Part shown: in pieces, positions 9,786 to 19,884 of the stretch
Layout of the letters: the number at the start of each line of letters is the position of its first letter
Position numbering within the stretch: the first letter of the stretch is position 1
IMG/VR virus record: IMGVR_UViG_3300044797_000318
Coordinates: 74,672 to 138,671 of that record
Reading direction: 5' to 3' (one strand)
DNA length: 64,000 nt
From: a virus
Translations under genes and position numbers: made by a program
Notes under the pieces: generated by a model
Seen by the model: the letters and a program-made list of their open reading frames with translations, nothing else
Told to the model about the DNA's origin: nothing
Database searches by the model: none

Positions 9786-10486
9786 TTAGCAAAATTAGAT
9801 TTAAAATAAACTTCTTTGGCTAGAACCTGCACTATTTCCTCGGTTTCCAATACAAATGCAGTTAATTTATTTCCAAATACGCAGCCCGTATCAATTCCTA
9901 TACACATACTACCATCATCAAATCGATCTATTCTGGGCTCATTCCATACTTGATGACCATATACGATACGGTCATATCCAAAAGGCCCAAACTCTGTCCA
10001 AAAGATAGCGCCCAAGGCTTCCTTGCCAAACTTGTTGAGCTGTCTCAAAGAAATGAATTTGCGGTTAGCATCCGTATAACGAAGATACAAGAGATCATCA
10101 TCTCGTTGTTTGGAAACGGGAATGCCTGGCTTCAACCCAGCGTGAACAATAATGGTTTTGTCCAACTCGATATAGCTGGGCATATTGGCAATGTAAGTGA
10201 CATCCGCGTCCGATAACTGACCGTAATAATCCTTACGATCATAGACGTCCACTCGGGTGCCTTGACTGCGATACCATTTGAGGATTTTTCGATCATGATT
10301 TCCGCAGGTAGATAACAGATTTAGTTCTCTTGCCCTTCTAATAACTCCAAGACTTTCGGGACCGCGATCTGACAAATCACCCACCAAAATAATCTTGACA
10401 AGAGGTGATTTGTAATCTACTAATGTCAGTAATTCATTGAATTCGTCCAAACAACCATGAATATCACCTATTATGACTGTTCTCAT
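9779..10486 (-). CDS. Calcineurin-like metallophosphoesterase (ApaH/PrpE-like)
   Basis: GDIHG, GDLSDRG, GNHD, VHAG, YGH, IDTGCVFG. Confidence 0.92.
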   Translation of the reverse strand: MRTVIIGDIHGCLDEFNELLTLVDYKSPLVKIILVGDLSDRGPESLGVIRRARELNLLSTCGNHDRKILKWYRSQGTRVDVYDRKDYYGQLSDADVTYIANMPSYIELDKTIIVHAGLKPGIPVSKQRDDDLLYLRYTDANRKFISLRQLNKFGKEALGAIFWTEFGPFGYDRIVYGHQVWNEPRIDRFDDGSMCIGIDTGCVFGNKLTAFVLETEEIVQVLAKEVYFKSNFANW

Positions 10487-11340
10487 ATAAAATACCTAAT
10501 ATCATATAACTTTTCTTGGGAATCAATACCTCTTTTTAGAAGATATTTTAGACGATTATAAACAGTTTGTTTACTTCTATTTGTAAGAGTAGGAATAACT
10601 GATATTTTAGGAGTTTTAAATGTTTTAAGTGCTTTTTTCTCTCTAAAAAACAATAATATTTGAGAATCTTCTTCTCTGGTAAATTGGAGGTGCTTTTGTT
10701 CAGCTAAAAAACTGGAACTGATTATTAGCGTAGCTTCTTTCATTTTTCTATCTAATGATAAGCATTCTGGATAATATAAAATATTTGCCATATGAACCGC
10801 ATAACATCCAGCAATCGTTATGTTGAATTGCTCATCTCTTTTATTTCTATTACTATGATTTTTCGAATAAGATTGAAGAAACAAAAAATTTTCAAACACT
10901 CTGGCAATATATTCGCTACTTGTCGCTATACTAATAAATGGTTCTGGCTTATGTTTACCCTCTCTAAAACCTATGCTACCGTCCCCATCTATAAAACCGC
11001 GCCAATAATCTATTTCTAAATATATAACATCTGAGGGTGGACGAACTGTTTCTGATTTTTTGCCGAATGGAATAAAATCAATTATATTAACAATGGAAGA
11101 TTTATGAATTGCTAACGAACAGGAAGCGTAATCATCCTTAAAGTTGGTATCCCTAGTTCTTGTACGGACATTATTTATAACTGAAAATTCTATTCTGATC
11201 TTATCAAGAATATCCCTATCTTTAATAGATAACTCTATTTGAATTCCATTTGGATGTGTTAGTGATCTATGCCCATCTGATTGTAAAAATCCCAACAAAT
11301 ACGATTGGTTTTTATCAATAAAAGCCGTTCTTTCAATCAT
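10483..11340 (-). CDS. Double-motif LAGLIDADG homing endonuclease
   Basis: YLLGFLQSDG and YWRGFIDGDG motifs, SLDRK. Confidence 0.9.
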   Translation of the reverse strand: MIERTAFIDKNQSYLLGFLQSDGHRSLTHPNGIQIELSIKDRDILDKIRIEFSVINNVRTRTRDTNFKDDYASCSLAIHKSSIVNIIDFIPFGKKSETVRPPSDVIYLEIDYWRGFIDGDGSIGFREGKHKPEPFISIATSSEYIARVFENFLFLQSYSKNHSNRNKRDEQFNITIAGCYAVHMANILYYPECLSLDRKMKEATLIISSSFLAEQKHLQFTREEDSQILLFFREKKALKTFKTPKISVIPTLTNRSKQTVYNRLKYLLKRGIDSQEKLYDIRYFI

Positions 11341-11359
11341 TAATTACACCATACCAATT

Positions 11360-11575
11360 TCATTTTGGATCGTCCCAAACAATCTTTGTTGCTCCTTCAT
11401 GTCCATGAATGAATAGCAAGTCATCGATTGATCGGTAGATATTAATACTGGGGTGATCGCTTTCCCAATGTAAGGCAATTTGTCCGTCATCAAACAAAAC
11501 CCCCGTTGCCACAACTCCACAACCACTTACGCCAGATACGTCCATATTTCTTTCGAAATGAAAACGCTTTAACAT
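11360..11575 (-). CDS. Conserved small phage protein
   Basis: DVSGVSGxGVVAxGVxFxDG...HGHEG pattern; AAGGA SD; sigma70-like promoter upstream. Confidence 0.7.
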   Translation of the reverse strand: MLKRFHFERNMDVSGVSGCGVVATGVLFDDGQIALHWESDHPSINIYRSIDDLLFIHGHEGATKIVWDDPK

Positions 11576-11634
11576 ACAATTCCTTTTGTTCAGTTTATCT
11601 TCCTAACTTCACGCTCATATGTCTTGTTATTACC

Positions 11635-11663
11635 ACTATAAGGCGTGTTGTGAAAATCGTCAA
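11635..11663 (-). promoter_or_regulatory. Sigma70-like promoter TTGACG-N17-TATAGT
   Basis: Read directly upstream of 11360..11575. Confidence 0.55.
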
Positions 11664-12316
11664 GCATCCGTTTTAAGTTTATTTTTAATAATTTTATTAT
11701 GTGTCCAATGTTGATTTGTGTTAACGTGATTTTTTCTCACATTTTTTAATACACAATATTGAAACTCATCATCATTAAAACCACTCGCTACGCGAGCCAC
11801 GACACCCTCTCTTATACCGCCGCATGCTGATTGTTGCCCCATAAATGATTGTATAAGTTGTTGTAACTCATTTTTGGACTTTACCACGCCCTCCCATAAA
11901 ACGGGCACCGTAGGGACGCCTATCTCCTCGGCCCACATTTTTACTTCTTCCCAACTCAACCACTGATTACCAGTTCGAACCCCAAATAACAAAAAATAAC
12001 CCGGTAATTCGGAATATTCAATAGAATGCTTTGCATAACAATTCTCACCAAACAACTGATAGTCCATAGGTATTTTATGCTTGATAGTGGCATGCAAAAC
12101 TTTGATAAGATCAAAAGACGCATGCGTAGGTATGGACACGTGTGTGCGCGCATATACTCCGTTAGTTTCTAGGCTACAATTTCCTCCATCGAGTTTCTCG
12201 CTGCAAATGATAGGTACGCCAATTAACTTCTCTACAGACGTAGCTATCTTATCATCCGAAGAGGCTCCGGGCGAAAACGGAAAATGGAAGGTGCGATTAT
12301 ATTTAGGGGTGTCCAT
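11660..12316 (-). CDS. ATP-dependent RNA ligase family protein
   Basis: KYNRTFHFPFSPG, EKLDG (motif I), FGEN, FLLFGV, EGVV; likely start MDTPKY at 12316. Confidence 0.88.
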   Translation of the reverse strand: MDTPKYNRTFHFPFSPGASSDDKIATSVEKLIGVPIICSEKLDGGNCSLETNGVYARTHVSIPTHASFDLIKVLHATIKHKIPMDYQLFGENCYAKHSIEYSELPGYFLLFGVRTGNQWLSWEEVKMWAEEIGVPTVPVLWEGVVKSKNELQQLIQSFMGQQSACGGIREGVVARVASGFNDDEFQYCVLKNVRKNHVNTNQHWTHNKIIKNKLKTDA

Positions 12317-12896
12317 GGAACTTGCTCGAATTGCAATGATATAACTTACAAAAATAAAGAAGATCAATATCGGTAATGTGGGCGGAACCTAACTCCACCG
12401 AAGGAGACATCAGAGTAAAGAAACCATCGTCTCCTGTCAGGTGCTCCAATCCCAAAGCGTGCCCTATTTCGTGCATCACCACTTCGGTAGTCTCATCATT
12501 GGATAAACGCGACTTGACCACACCGATATAAGGGATGCCCCGCTTACCTTGAAAGAAGGCTAAGGTGTTGTAATGATTAGTATTATCTAGCATAATAACT
12601 TCTGGATAATCAGGAGTGACATTGAGAATGATGACAGCATCCGAGGGCATAACATCGGGTTGCGGCATCATTTTGATATCAAGTACTACTTGCCCGTTGG
12701 TGACTTCATTCCATTCCAAAGCTGCCGCCATAATATGCGACATTTCTTCATTGTCTATGCCTCGACCCAGATACAAAGTTTTATGCACTGGTAGAGTATA
12801 ATACATTTCTGGTGGCCGTATAATTGGCATAACTATTCTAGCAAAACCAATCAAAAAGATAATGGTAAATGCAAGAGGCCACAGAAATAATCGCAT
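12303..12896 (-). CDS. Membrane-anchored matrixin-like zinc metalloprotease
   Basis: N-terminal TM segment, HEIGHALGLEH, Met-turn (LMSP). Confidence 0.85.
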   Translation of the reverse strand: MRLFLWPLAFTIIFLIGFARIVMPIIRPPEMYYTLPVHKTLYLGRGIDNEEMSHIMAAALEWNEVTNGQVVLDIKMMPQPDVMPSDAVIILNVTPDYPEVIMLDNTNHYNTLAFFQGKRGIPYIGVVKSRLSNDETTEVVMHEIGHALGLEHLTGDDGFFTLMSPSVELGSAHITDIDLLYFCKLYHCNSSKFHGHP

Positions 12897-12904
12897 CTTA
12901 TTCC

Positions 12905-13294
12905 TTAATTAACTAATCTATTAGCGAGGGCAATTTTGACAAGTTGGTCAAATTTATCAGGGTGAGCCAAAGCTTCTGCCGCATATTTCCTAACATCAGG
13001 ACAGTATTGCTTGAAAGAACCGCCATGACCCAGATGTAAATGACACTCTTTGGTATCCATACACAAAGTAATAAGATTATTAGGAGCTAATTCTAATTCA
13101 GGAGTGAGGTGGAAGGGCCGCACGTGATGAACATTAAGTCTGTTTTTACTACCACAAGCGGCACAGCTAGGATGAGCTTCCCGAAAATGTTTTTCTACTG
13201 TGGGCCATTTAGAAGAACGTTTGGCACCAATTCCAACATCTCGGAGGGCGTGCCTGGCTAAATTATATCCGTGTTGAATGGTCTTTATGATCAT
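12905..13294 (-). CDS. HNH nuclease-family protein
   Basis: CAACG...VHHVRP...NLITLC...CH. Confidence 0.8.
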   Translation of the reverse strand: MIIKTIQHGYNLARHALRDVGIGAKRSSKWPTVEKHFREAHPSCAACGSKNRLNVHHVRPFHLTPELELAPNNLITLCMDTKECHLHLGHGGSFKQYCPDVRKYAAEALAHPDKFDQLVKIALANRLVN

Positions 13295-13308
13295 TCAATA
13301 ATGCATAA

Positions 13309-14004
13309 TTATACCATTAGTAAGAACTTCTTCATAGTAGACTTACGCACATATTTGGCAAACTTTTTTATCTCTTCACTATTATCACTATCTAATACAG
13401 ATTGTTCAATCTTATCAACATTAGCAAGTTTAATTTTCTCAGCAAATAATCTCATATAAGTAAATGATTTAGATTGAATGATTAGATTTTCTATTTGTTC
13501 TATTTCAGATTTAGAAGTAAGATGTTTGGCTAACTCAAAAAGATAACGCGGCTTTCCCGAGGCAATAATAATATCCTTAAACTTACTAATGTTAGTTCCC
13601 TTAACGTGTTTGACATACATATGAATGTATTTAACATTTTTAGATTTACTAATGAAATCTTCTAATGGTTTTTGGTCAGCTTTGGAAACGAAACAGGCAA
13701 ACCGGGTAATGTATTTGATTTTTTTAGAACCTAATACAATACCCTGCAATGCTTTAATATCAGCACCAGCGATATTCTGTGCGAAGAGATAAGCATACTT
13801 GGCATCTTTCTTATCAAGAATAACCTTCTGCATCAAATATGTTTTATATTGGAAATCAATAGCAAAGAAATAAGCAAAGGCTGCATCCGCCTTTTTGATT
13901 ATTTCCTCTTGTAAACTTTCCATCTCTGAAACAAAAGATATTTCACTACGCCCTAGCCATCTGACTAAGTCAGCAGAAATATCACTATTGGAATACAATA
14001 CCAT
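13309..14004 (-). CDS. Helical tandem-repeat protein (~29-aa repeats)
   Basis: Repeats of the form Y-x-x-x-FA...AD/N-I-x-x-L-E-x-x-I-x-x-S. Confidence 0.65.
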   Translation of the reverse strand: MVLYSNSDISADLVRWLGRSEISFVSEMESLQEEIIKKADAAFAYFFAIDFQYKTYLMQKVILDKKDAKYAYLFAQNIAGADIKALQGIVLGSKKIKYITRFACFVSKADQKPLEDFISKSKNVKYIHMYVKHVKGTNISKFKDIIIASGKPRYLFELAKHLTSKSEIEQIENLIIQSKSFTYMRLFAEKIKLANVDKIEQSVLDSDNSEEIKKFAKYVRKSTMKKFLLMV

Positions 14005-14026
14005 ACCTAAGTATATATCGTATACA

Positions 14027-15280
14027 CTAGTAATAAAACTTGGCTATCTCCAATATTTTATCAAGAAAGGAATTGCCCCAAGTACCATCTTTACGGTTCT
14101 TTTGGATGAAATCCTTCATGTCGACAGATTTACCATCGAACATATTGAAAAATGGAGCTGTCCATAGCTTACCATTTCGCAATTTAGCGACACCTTGAAC
14201 CGCGATGGCAAAGATCTTCTTGTCGCCAGCCTTGATGATTTGACATTCATTATAAATTGTTCGGAAAGCTAGATCATGATCTTGAATAGCTTTCACTAGT
14301 CCCACCTTGATCTTTTGCAGGTTCTTGACGATTTCCTCTGGTAGCATCGGGATAACATCGTCATCCTTCTCTGCCAAAATAATTTCAACAATATTGCGTT
14401 CCGAAGAAGCCAAAGCATCACGCACCTTATTGTAAGCTACATAAGATGGGTTTTTGAGTTTGATACGATTGAACTTAGCATCTCGAACCACTACACCTTC
14501 GTGTTCCATTGGATTGAGCGAAGAAACCCATTCTACTAAGGCTGGAATGGTGGTGTAGCTATGTGCTTGCACTTTGGGTATTCTGCCGTCCAAAGGAAGT
14601 CCCTCGAGCTCTGACTCGCTGAGAGTAAGCAAATTACGAGCAGATAATAGGGTTATACCATTATTTGGATAATAGACCACAATACGGTTGTAAGGAGTAG
14701 TTAGCTCAAAGCAATAAGTAAAATACTTATCCAAACCAGCAGTTAGTTCATCGAAGGTCATCCCGGTCGTTTCTTGGGCGGCCTTCTCGAATAAAGTTCG
14801 GAAGGTAAATAGATTATTATCCATAATCAGATCAGCCTCTGGCACAGATCGGGTTGCCACGCACCACTGTTCAGTAAATGGATCAAAATAGACAATGCAT
14901 AGAGTGCCGTCCAACTTTTCTAACACTTTGAGCTGAGGATCGCTCCAATTGATTTCAGCAGCTGATCCCTGACCGTGATTGAAAAACCTCTTCATTGGGT
15001 AAGCTAAGATGCGGGTTTTGCCTGGGGACAAATGATCATAGGAAGCTTTCTTACCAGGAACAGTAATGGACTGCGATGCCAATGAAGTTCCGTTCTCGCA
15101 AGCCAAGACTAGACCACGGCATTCTTGTGCCAAAGGATCGTGTTCCTTAGCTTCAATCTGATCATAATTGAGAGAGAACTTATGACCTGACTTGGAGAAG
15201 GATACATAGACCCCGTGATCGCGGGCCAAATCACCAAAGGTGTGGTTGGTCAAATAGTCTTGCACTAATAGCATAATCAA
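14027..15280 (-). CDS. T4 Rnl1-like RNA ligase
   Basis: ECRGLVL, KRFFN, EKLDGTL, ATRS, FELTTPYNRIVV, EGVVV, KLKN. Confidence 0.9.
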   Translation of the reverse strand: MIMLLVQDYLTNHTFGDLARDHGVYVSFSKSGHKFSLNYDQIEAKEHDPLAQECRGLVLACENGTSLASQSITVPGKKASYDHLSPGKTRILAYPMKRFFNHGQGSAAEINWSDPQLKVLEKLDGTLCIVYFDPFTEQWCVATRSVPEADLIMDNNLFTFRTLFEKAAQETTGMTFDELTAGLDKYFTYCFELTTPYNRIVVYYPNNGITLLSARNLLTLSESELEGLPLDGRIPKVQAHSYTTIPALVEWVSSLNPMEHEGVVVRDAKFNRIKLKNPSYVAYNKVRDALASSERNIVEIILAEKDDDVIPMLPEEIVKNLQKIKVGLVKAIQDHDLAFRTIYNECQIIKAGDKKIFAIAVQGVAKLRNGKLWTAPFFNMFDGKSVDMKDFIQKNRKDGTWGNSFLDKILEIAKFYY

Positions 15281-15283
15281 ACC

Positions 15284-15748
15284 TTACTTCTTGTAATATA
15301 TTTTTGGAATACTAAAACTCACTTGCTGGCGGAGAAAGTCCTCCGCATTTTTACGTCCTTCCTCCATAGCTGCCTCCAATTCTTCTTTTGAGATAGGTTT
15401 GACCCTATCTAACTCTTCTGGCGTGCAGGCCTCAAACTCCCAATGCTCACCATATTTATTTTTCATATAGGCCTCGAACTCTTCATCCGTCAAAGACGAT
15501 AAATAGCTGGCCGATTGTTTTTTATCTAATGCTATTTCTGAGATCAAATCTCCCACCAGTTGGCTAAGATGACTTTTCAATATCAGCAACTGATTGTGTG
15601 TCAAGGCTCGCACTTCGGGAGATGCTATTTTTTCCGACAAAGTATAATGTAATTGCTCAAATACTTTTTTGCCATAAAGAGAGAGGGTGCCGTCTTCCTT
15701 GAAGATTTTATACATGCTAATCCTTTGTAATAAGTAGACATAGAGCAC
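15284..15748 (-). CDS. Hypothetical protein
   Basis: ORF in the minus-strand gene run; true start probably MYKIFK near 15716. Confidence 0.6.
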   Translation of the reverse strand: MLYVYLLQRISMYKIFKEDGTLSLYGKKVFEQLHYTLSEKIASPEVRALTHNQLLILKSHLSQLVGDLISEIALDKKQSASYLSSLTDEEFEAYMKNKYGEHWEFEACTPEELDRVKPISKEELEAAMEEGRKNAEDFLRQQVSFSIPKIYYKK

Positions 15749-15959
15749 ATATAACGAGTGGTATGATGGTCGCCCAACTGATGGTAGTGTTGGTTCCCAG
15801 CGTCATAGCAATATGTCTGGTGTCTGGGACATTTTCCCATAACCACCAATGTGATAAGAAGGCAAAACCACAGAAGATAACGGCTCGAATCATCCACCCA
15901 AAAAACATATGGACAAAGACAATAGCGCATAACAAAATGATAGCTAAGGTAATGGTCAT
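15717..15959 (-). CDS. Small membrane protein
   Basis: Two to three hydrophobic segments; GGAGG SD; ATGA coupling. Confidence 0.65.
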   Translation of the reverse strand: MTITLAIILLCAIVFVHMFFGWMIRAVIFCGFAFLSHWWLWENVPDTRHIAMTLGTNTTISWATIIPLVICALCLLITKD

Positions 15960-16138
15960 AATAATTCCTCCGCCTCATTTTGTTTGAGTTGTCCTGAGAT
16001 TTCATTCAACCCAGCTTCAAGGCATAGGTTGATTATTTCTGATAAGGAAACCATATCCCCATCTATTTTGATTAGAGGTTGCACTTCTTCCAATTGCGAA
16101 AGAAGTTGTTCATCTAATGATATTTGATATTGTTTCAT
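15956..16138 (-). CDS. Small protein, possibly ribbon-helix-helix-like
   Basis: QISLDEQLL...SLSEIINLCL; directly downstream of a near-perfect promoter. Confidence 0.55.
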   Translation of the reverse strand: MKQYQISLDEQLLSQLEEVQPLIKIDGDMVSLSEIINLCLEAGLNEISGQLKQNEAEELL

Positions 16139-16161
16139 AGGGTGCCTATCCAGATACCTCT

Positions 16162-16189
16162 ATTATAATTTTTACAAATAGCCTGTCAA
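16162..16189 (-). promoter_or_regulatory. Sigma70 promoter TTGACA-N16-TATAAT
   Basis: Both hexamers match consensus exactly. Confidence 0.75.
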
Positions 16190-16193
16190 GGGT

Positions 16194-16442
16194 TTATCCT
16201 GAAAAATTAGGTGGCAGGATAAAATCAATGATAGCCACGCTATCCAAGGCACGCAAGCTATCGTAGGCTTCTTGCTGACGGTCGTCAGGAAACTCTACAA
16301 TTATTTGGGCCTTGGGCTCGAGGGTAGCGAGGATGACGATGAACGGCAATTTCTTGATTTCTCCTTGGAAGGCCGCGATAGCCTTAGCTCGGGAGGCAGG
16401 AGAATAATCGTAGTTGAGTTGAAGAAAAATCGTTCTTCTCAT
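16194..16442 (-). CDS. Hypothetical protein
   Basis: Coupled ORF (ATGA overlap). Confidence 0.55.
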   Translation of the reverse strand: MRRTIFLQLNYDYSPASRAKAIAAFQGEIKKLPFIVILATLEPKAQIIVEFPDDRQQEAYDSLRALDSVAIIDFILPPNFSG

Positions 16443-16681
16443 TTAGTTTTCTTGATCTGCAAGTGGTGCCCCAACTGACGCAATGTCTTAGCTGTCGTAT
16501 CAGAGGCTTTGACCACCACTCGATCAATGAGATTGAGCTCTTCCACGATGACTAACTCTTGCCCAACCAGTTTTCTGATGGGTAGAAAAAGATATTCCTC
16601 TACTAATTGGGCATGCTGTTCTGCGGTCAGGGGTGGACAGAAGTCCGTCTCAAAACCTAATTGAATGACATAAGTTTTCAT
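16439..16681 (-). CDS. Hypothetical protein
   Basis: Likely start MKTYVIQ after an AGGA SD. Confidence 0.5.
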   Translation of the reverse strand: MKTYVIQLGFETDFCPPLTAEQHAQLVEEYLFLPIRKLVGQELVIVEELNLIDRVVVKASDTTAKTLRQLGHHLQIKKTK

Positions 16682-16692
16682 ATTAGTTCCTA

Positions 16693-17658
16693 TCAAAAGT
16701 TTCCAGGAGCAACTTGAAAACAAGTTAACCCTTTGGAACGCCAATACTCAACCACCTGATCGCGATCGTCCAAAACGCAGAGTACGTTGTACTTACCTTC
16801 GATATGCTCTTGATAAATCTCTTCCTTGATAATGGCATCCTTACGAAAGTCATCCGTCTTGCGCATATACAACTGATACTGAATAGGATAAATAGTACCA
16901 CTATTGGCGACCATACAATACTTCTCAATAAACCTAATGGTCTCTGGTCGATACTTATCTTCACGGCCAGAACAAAAAATGATCTGACGACCAGCATTAT
17001 AGTGAGCTTTGATGGTCTCAATAACTGGAGCATTCGGCAAATCTTTCAGATCGCAATCGGTAGCATCGTAAGGGCTACGATTGTGGATCAAAGCTAAGGT
17101 GCCGTCTAAATCGCACAAGACTGCTTCGGGAGCTCCCGGAATTTCTTCTGGGCCATCAATAGTATTATTGACGTTGCCCTTTTGCTCTTGAAAGATTTCC
17201 ACACGCGGCTTATAGAATTTGTGCTGGGTTTTGCCAGACTCTTTCCACCACTTCTTGATGACATCATCCGGCACTCGGGCCGCACCTTCTCGCTTAGAGT
17301 TGCGTTCCAAAGCTTCTTCCAATTCCACATAGAAAGACTTTTCCATTACTTGAATGTCAGCATTGATAGACTTAGCAATCTTGCAGACATCATCGAAGTG
17401 GCGTCGGTTCAAGTTCAAGTTGTCTATAACAATATTCTTGCCTCTTTTTAGGCTATCTCGGATCAAATAATTACGAACGTCCGTAATGATCTTCTCGTAG
17501 TCTTGCGACCAAACGGAACCATTCATCATAGCTCGCAAATCATCATTGTTGATGCGAACCCAACTGTTCGGATCTTTGGCGACTAATTGTTTGGCATAAG
17601 TTGATTTGCCGCTGGCCGGTAAGCCAACTAATATTTCTACTCTAATCATTTGTTTCAC
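16693..17658 (-). CDS. pseT: Polynucleotide 5'-kinase / 3'-phosphatase (T4 PseT-like)
   Basis: GLPASGKST P-loop, RINNDDLR, HAD DLDGT, SGR, LDDRDQVV. Confidence 0.93.
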   Translation of the reverse strand: MKQMIRVEILVGLPASGKSTYAKQLVAKDPNSWVRINNDDLRAMMNGSVWSQDYEKIITDVRNYLIRDSLKRGKNIVIDNLNLNRRHFDDVCKIAKSINADIQVMEKSFYVELEEALERNSKREGAARVPDDVIKKWWKESGKTQHKFYKPRVEIFQEQKGNVNNTIDGPEEIPGAPEAVLCDLDGTLALIHNRSPYDATDCDLKDLPNAPVIETIKAHYNAGRQIIFCSGREDKYRPETIRFIEKYCMVANSGTIYPIQYQLYMRKTDDFRKDAIIKEEIYQEHIEGKYNVLCVLDDRDQVVEYWRSKGLTCFQVAPGNF

Positions 17659-17664
17659 CTATTA

Positions 17665-17994
17665 CTAAAGGAACGCTTTATTGTTAATGGCCTTTTCCAC
17701 TTCATCCAAAGTCTCAAATCGATGTCCATCTAAAAGAAAACCATTCTCATCATAACTCAAAGTTTTTTGGAACTGGGTCAACAAAAACTCATACCTCTTA
17801 CGCAAAACAAGATAATCAAAATCTTGATCAATCGCCTCTCTAAAATATGAGATATCCATATAATACCAAATATCATTGCTGATATTTGTATACAATGCAT
17901 AGAACGCAGAACCAATTTTAGATAGACTTCTATTCTGTGCGTAATGGTCTAAAACTTTATATTCTTCTTTGGGAAGAAGGGCTATCTTTTTCAT
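17665..17994 (-). CDS. Hypothetical protein ending ...KAINNKAFL
   Basis: Coupled ORF. Confidence 0.6.
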   Translation of the reverse strand: MKKIALLPKEEYKVLDHYAQNRSLSKIGSAFYALYTNISNDIWYYMDISYFREAIDQDFDYLVLRKRYEFLLTQFQKTLSYDENGFLLDGHRFETLDEVEKAINNKAFL

Positions 17995-18267
17995 TTAGTG
18001 AGGCCTTTTACCTTGTAAAAACTCTTCATAAGTAATAGCGGTGCCTGTCGGCCCAATACCAGTGGCTATAAAACTACCATTAGACAATCTTACCGTGTCT
18101 ATTCCAAAACGCTTTTTGAGCCCGGTAAAAGGGACATACTCAATTTCACGATGACCATTGCCCTTACAATTGAGACAGACAACACCCACTCCCTTAGGTT
18201 CCGCAAAACCACAGTAGATACCGGTGCCACCACAAGAAGAACATTCTGCTTTGACTACACTTTTCAT
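17995..18267 (-). CDS. DnaJ-type CxxCxGxG zinc-finger protein
   Basis: CSSCGGTG and CLNCKGNG. Confidence 0.7.
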   Translation of the reverse strand: MKSVVKAECSSCGGTGIYCGFAEPKGVGVVCLNCKGNGHREIEYVPFTGLKKRFGIDTVRLSNGSFIATGIGPTGTAITYEEFLQGKRPH

Positions 18268-18491
18268 TGAAATTTGACCTTGTCTTTAACTGAGAAATCA
18301 AAAATACGAGCTATATGAGCTTTAAATTCGTCGTATGACATATTACCCTTCATCCTATTACAGAGCCAACAACACGGAACCACATTATTTTTGTTGTGCG
18401 GAAAATTGTTATTTACCCTATCAAGTCCATTATAAGTAAAATAACCATCTCTTATTCTCTCCTCTTTATAGAATTCAAAATTGACGACAAA
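18264..18491 (-). pseudogene. 5'-truncated HNH homing endonuclease remnant
   Basis: Manual translation NGLDRVNNNFPHNKNNVVPCCWLCNRMKGNMSYDEF; no start codon before the motif; TGA overlaps the next ATG. Confidence 0.7.
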
Positions 18492-18494
18492 TTA

Positions 18495-19601
18495 TTATTT
18501 ATTGAATGTGACGCCTACACTCAAAGTTGTGAATAAGTCAAAAAATAATTTACATTGATAAAGTTTATGAATTTTTATTTGCTCAAAATCAAAGCTATTA
18601 TGGAGCCCCATCACTTGCATCTCCGTCTCTACTTTGTATTGATTGAAAAAATTGCACAAGTGTTCTAAATAAATAAATCTATTCTTGGACTTATCCGCGA
18701 ACACTTTCAGCTTGGCATGATAGCAAGCCGCTATCACGAAGACAATTTTTTCAGTAGGCACTAAGTCATCGAAGTTGAGGGACATCTGCCCGCGTTCAAT
18801 TAGGGAATGAACAAACGGCTCAAACTTACGATAGAACTCGTACCATAACTTGAACCTCAAACCAGCTTCGCTACCTACATAACCAGAAATAATTTGAGTG
18901 ACTGATTCGATATCAGGTATTTTGAGCTCTTTGGATTTGACCAAAGCCTGCGAGGCCCAAGTCCAACTACGAGGTGAGGGGGAGGCATAAGCGGTATCTT
19001 CTATGGAAGCGCAAGCAAATTGTGGATCGCTACGCAAAAATCCGATGATAAGATCGTGGACATTATTAGCTTTCGCCCAGTCAACCCAGCGTTCAAAATT
19101 GAAAGACAAAATATACTTAGCGCCCCTATCCAGTAAGGCAGAACTAAGTTGATTAGAGAAGGCTCCCTCATTGGGAAGGTTACCAGTCAGAATACAAGAG
19201 ATAGCATTGATAGGAACGCCATTGATTTTCTTGAATAATAAAATCTCCAATAGAGGGGCGGTCACTTCTGGCTGCACCTTATCTACTTCATCGAAAAGAA
19301 TGATGCTATCAGGTTTAGCATCACCTATTAGTTTGGGTAGAAAATGAGGAGACTTGAAATTGATAACATCCCCAGGAGAACTCATATCTGGATAGCCAGC
19401 CAAGTCGGGGCGTTCGATGACACTTAGATTTATATAATTGATTTTGAGCCTGCACTCTTTAGCGGCCTGAATTGCAATCTCTGTTTTACCCACACCTCTT
19501 TGCCCAAAAAGAAAACAGTTGTGCCCAGAACGAATGAAAAACTTAGTTAGATTGAGGGCTTGTTCTTGGTCGATCTCAGTTAAATTGAGGGCGTTGGGCA
19601 T
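18495..19601 (-). CDS. MoxR-like AAA+ ATPase, paralogue A
   Basis: GQRGVGKT Walker A, ILFDEVDK Walker B, LTGN, ALLDR, SPRSW. Confidence 0.88.
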   Translation of the reverse strand: MPNALNLTEIDQEQALNLTKFFIRSGHNCFLFGQRGVGKTEIAIQAAKECRLKINYINLSVIERPDLAGYPDMSSPGDVINFKSPHFLPKLIGDAKPDSIILFDEVDKVQPEVTAPLLEILLFKKINGVPINAISCILTGNLPNEGAFSNQLSSALLDRGAKYILSFNFERWVDWAKANNVHDLIIGFLRSDPQFACASIEDTAYASPSPRSWTWASQALVKSKELKIPDIESVTQIISGYVGSEAGLRFKLWYEFYRKFEPFVHSLIERGQMSLNFDDLVPTEKIVFVIAACYHAKLKVFADKSKNRFIYLEHLCNFFNQYKVETEMQVMGLHNSFDFEQIKIHKLYQCKLFFDLFTTLSVGVTFNK

Positions 19602-19644
19602 ATTTCCTTTGATATATCAAAAGGATATATATCCCAACTAACCA

Positions 19645-19872
19645 TTAGTTGAATAACGGTTTTTGCTCTTTTATCTCATTGACATATTCAGGAATATAAA
19701 AAACTGTCTCAAAAATCTGAATGGCAAACTGCGCTTCTTCGTTTCCGTCCAGTAGGGCTTGCTTTTTACATTCGCCCACTTCGTGATTGGCAGCCTCGGG
19801 AGAAATAGCTAATGATATGAGATGCCATTTGTTTTTTGGTCTGCTCTTGGTATAAATTCCATGAATCGTCAT
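19645..19872 (-). CDS. Hypothetical protein
   Basis: AAGGA SD; lies in gene run. Confidence 0.55.
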   Translation of the reverse strand: MTIHGIYTKSRPKNKWHLISLAISPEAANHEVGECKKQALLDGNEEAQFAIQIFETVFYIPEYVNEIKEQKPLFN

Positions 19873-19884
19873 ATAGTTCCTTTG

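Noticed and set aside
8979-11340. Introns or inteins housing the LAGLIDADG genes
   Set aside because: Flanking genes look complete, and the endonuclease ORFs have their own starts and stops overlapping neighbours.
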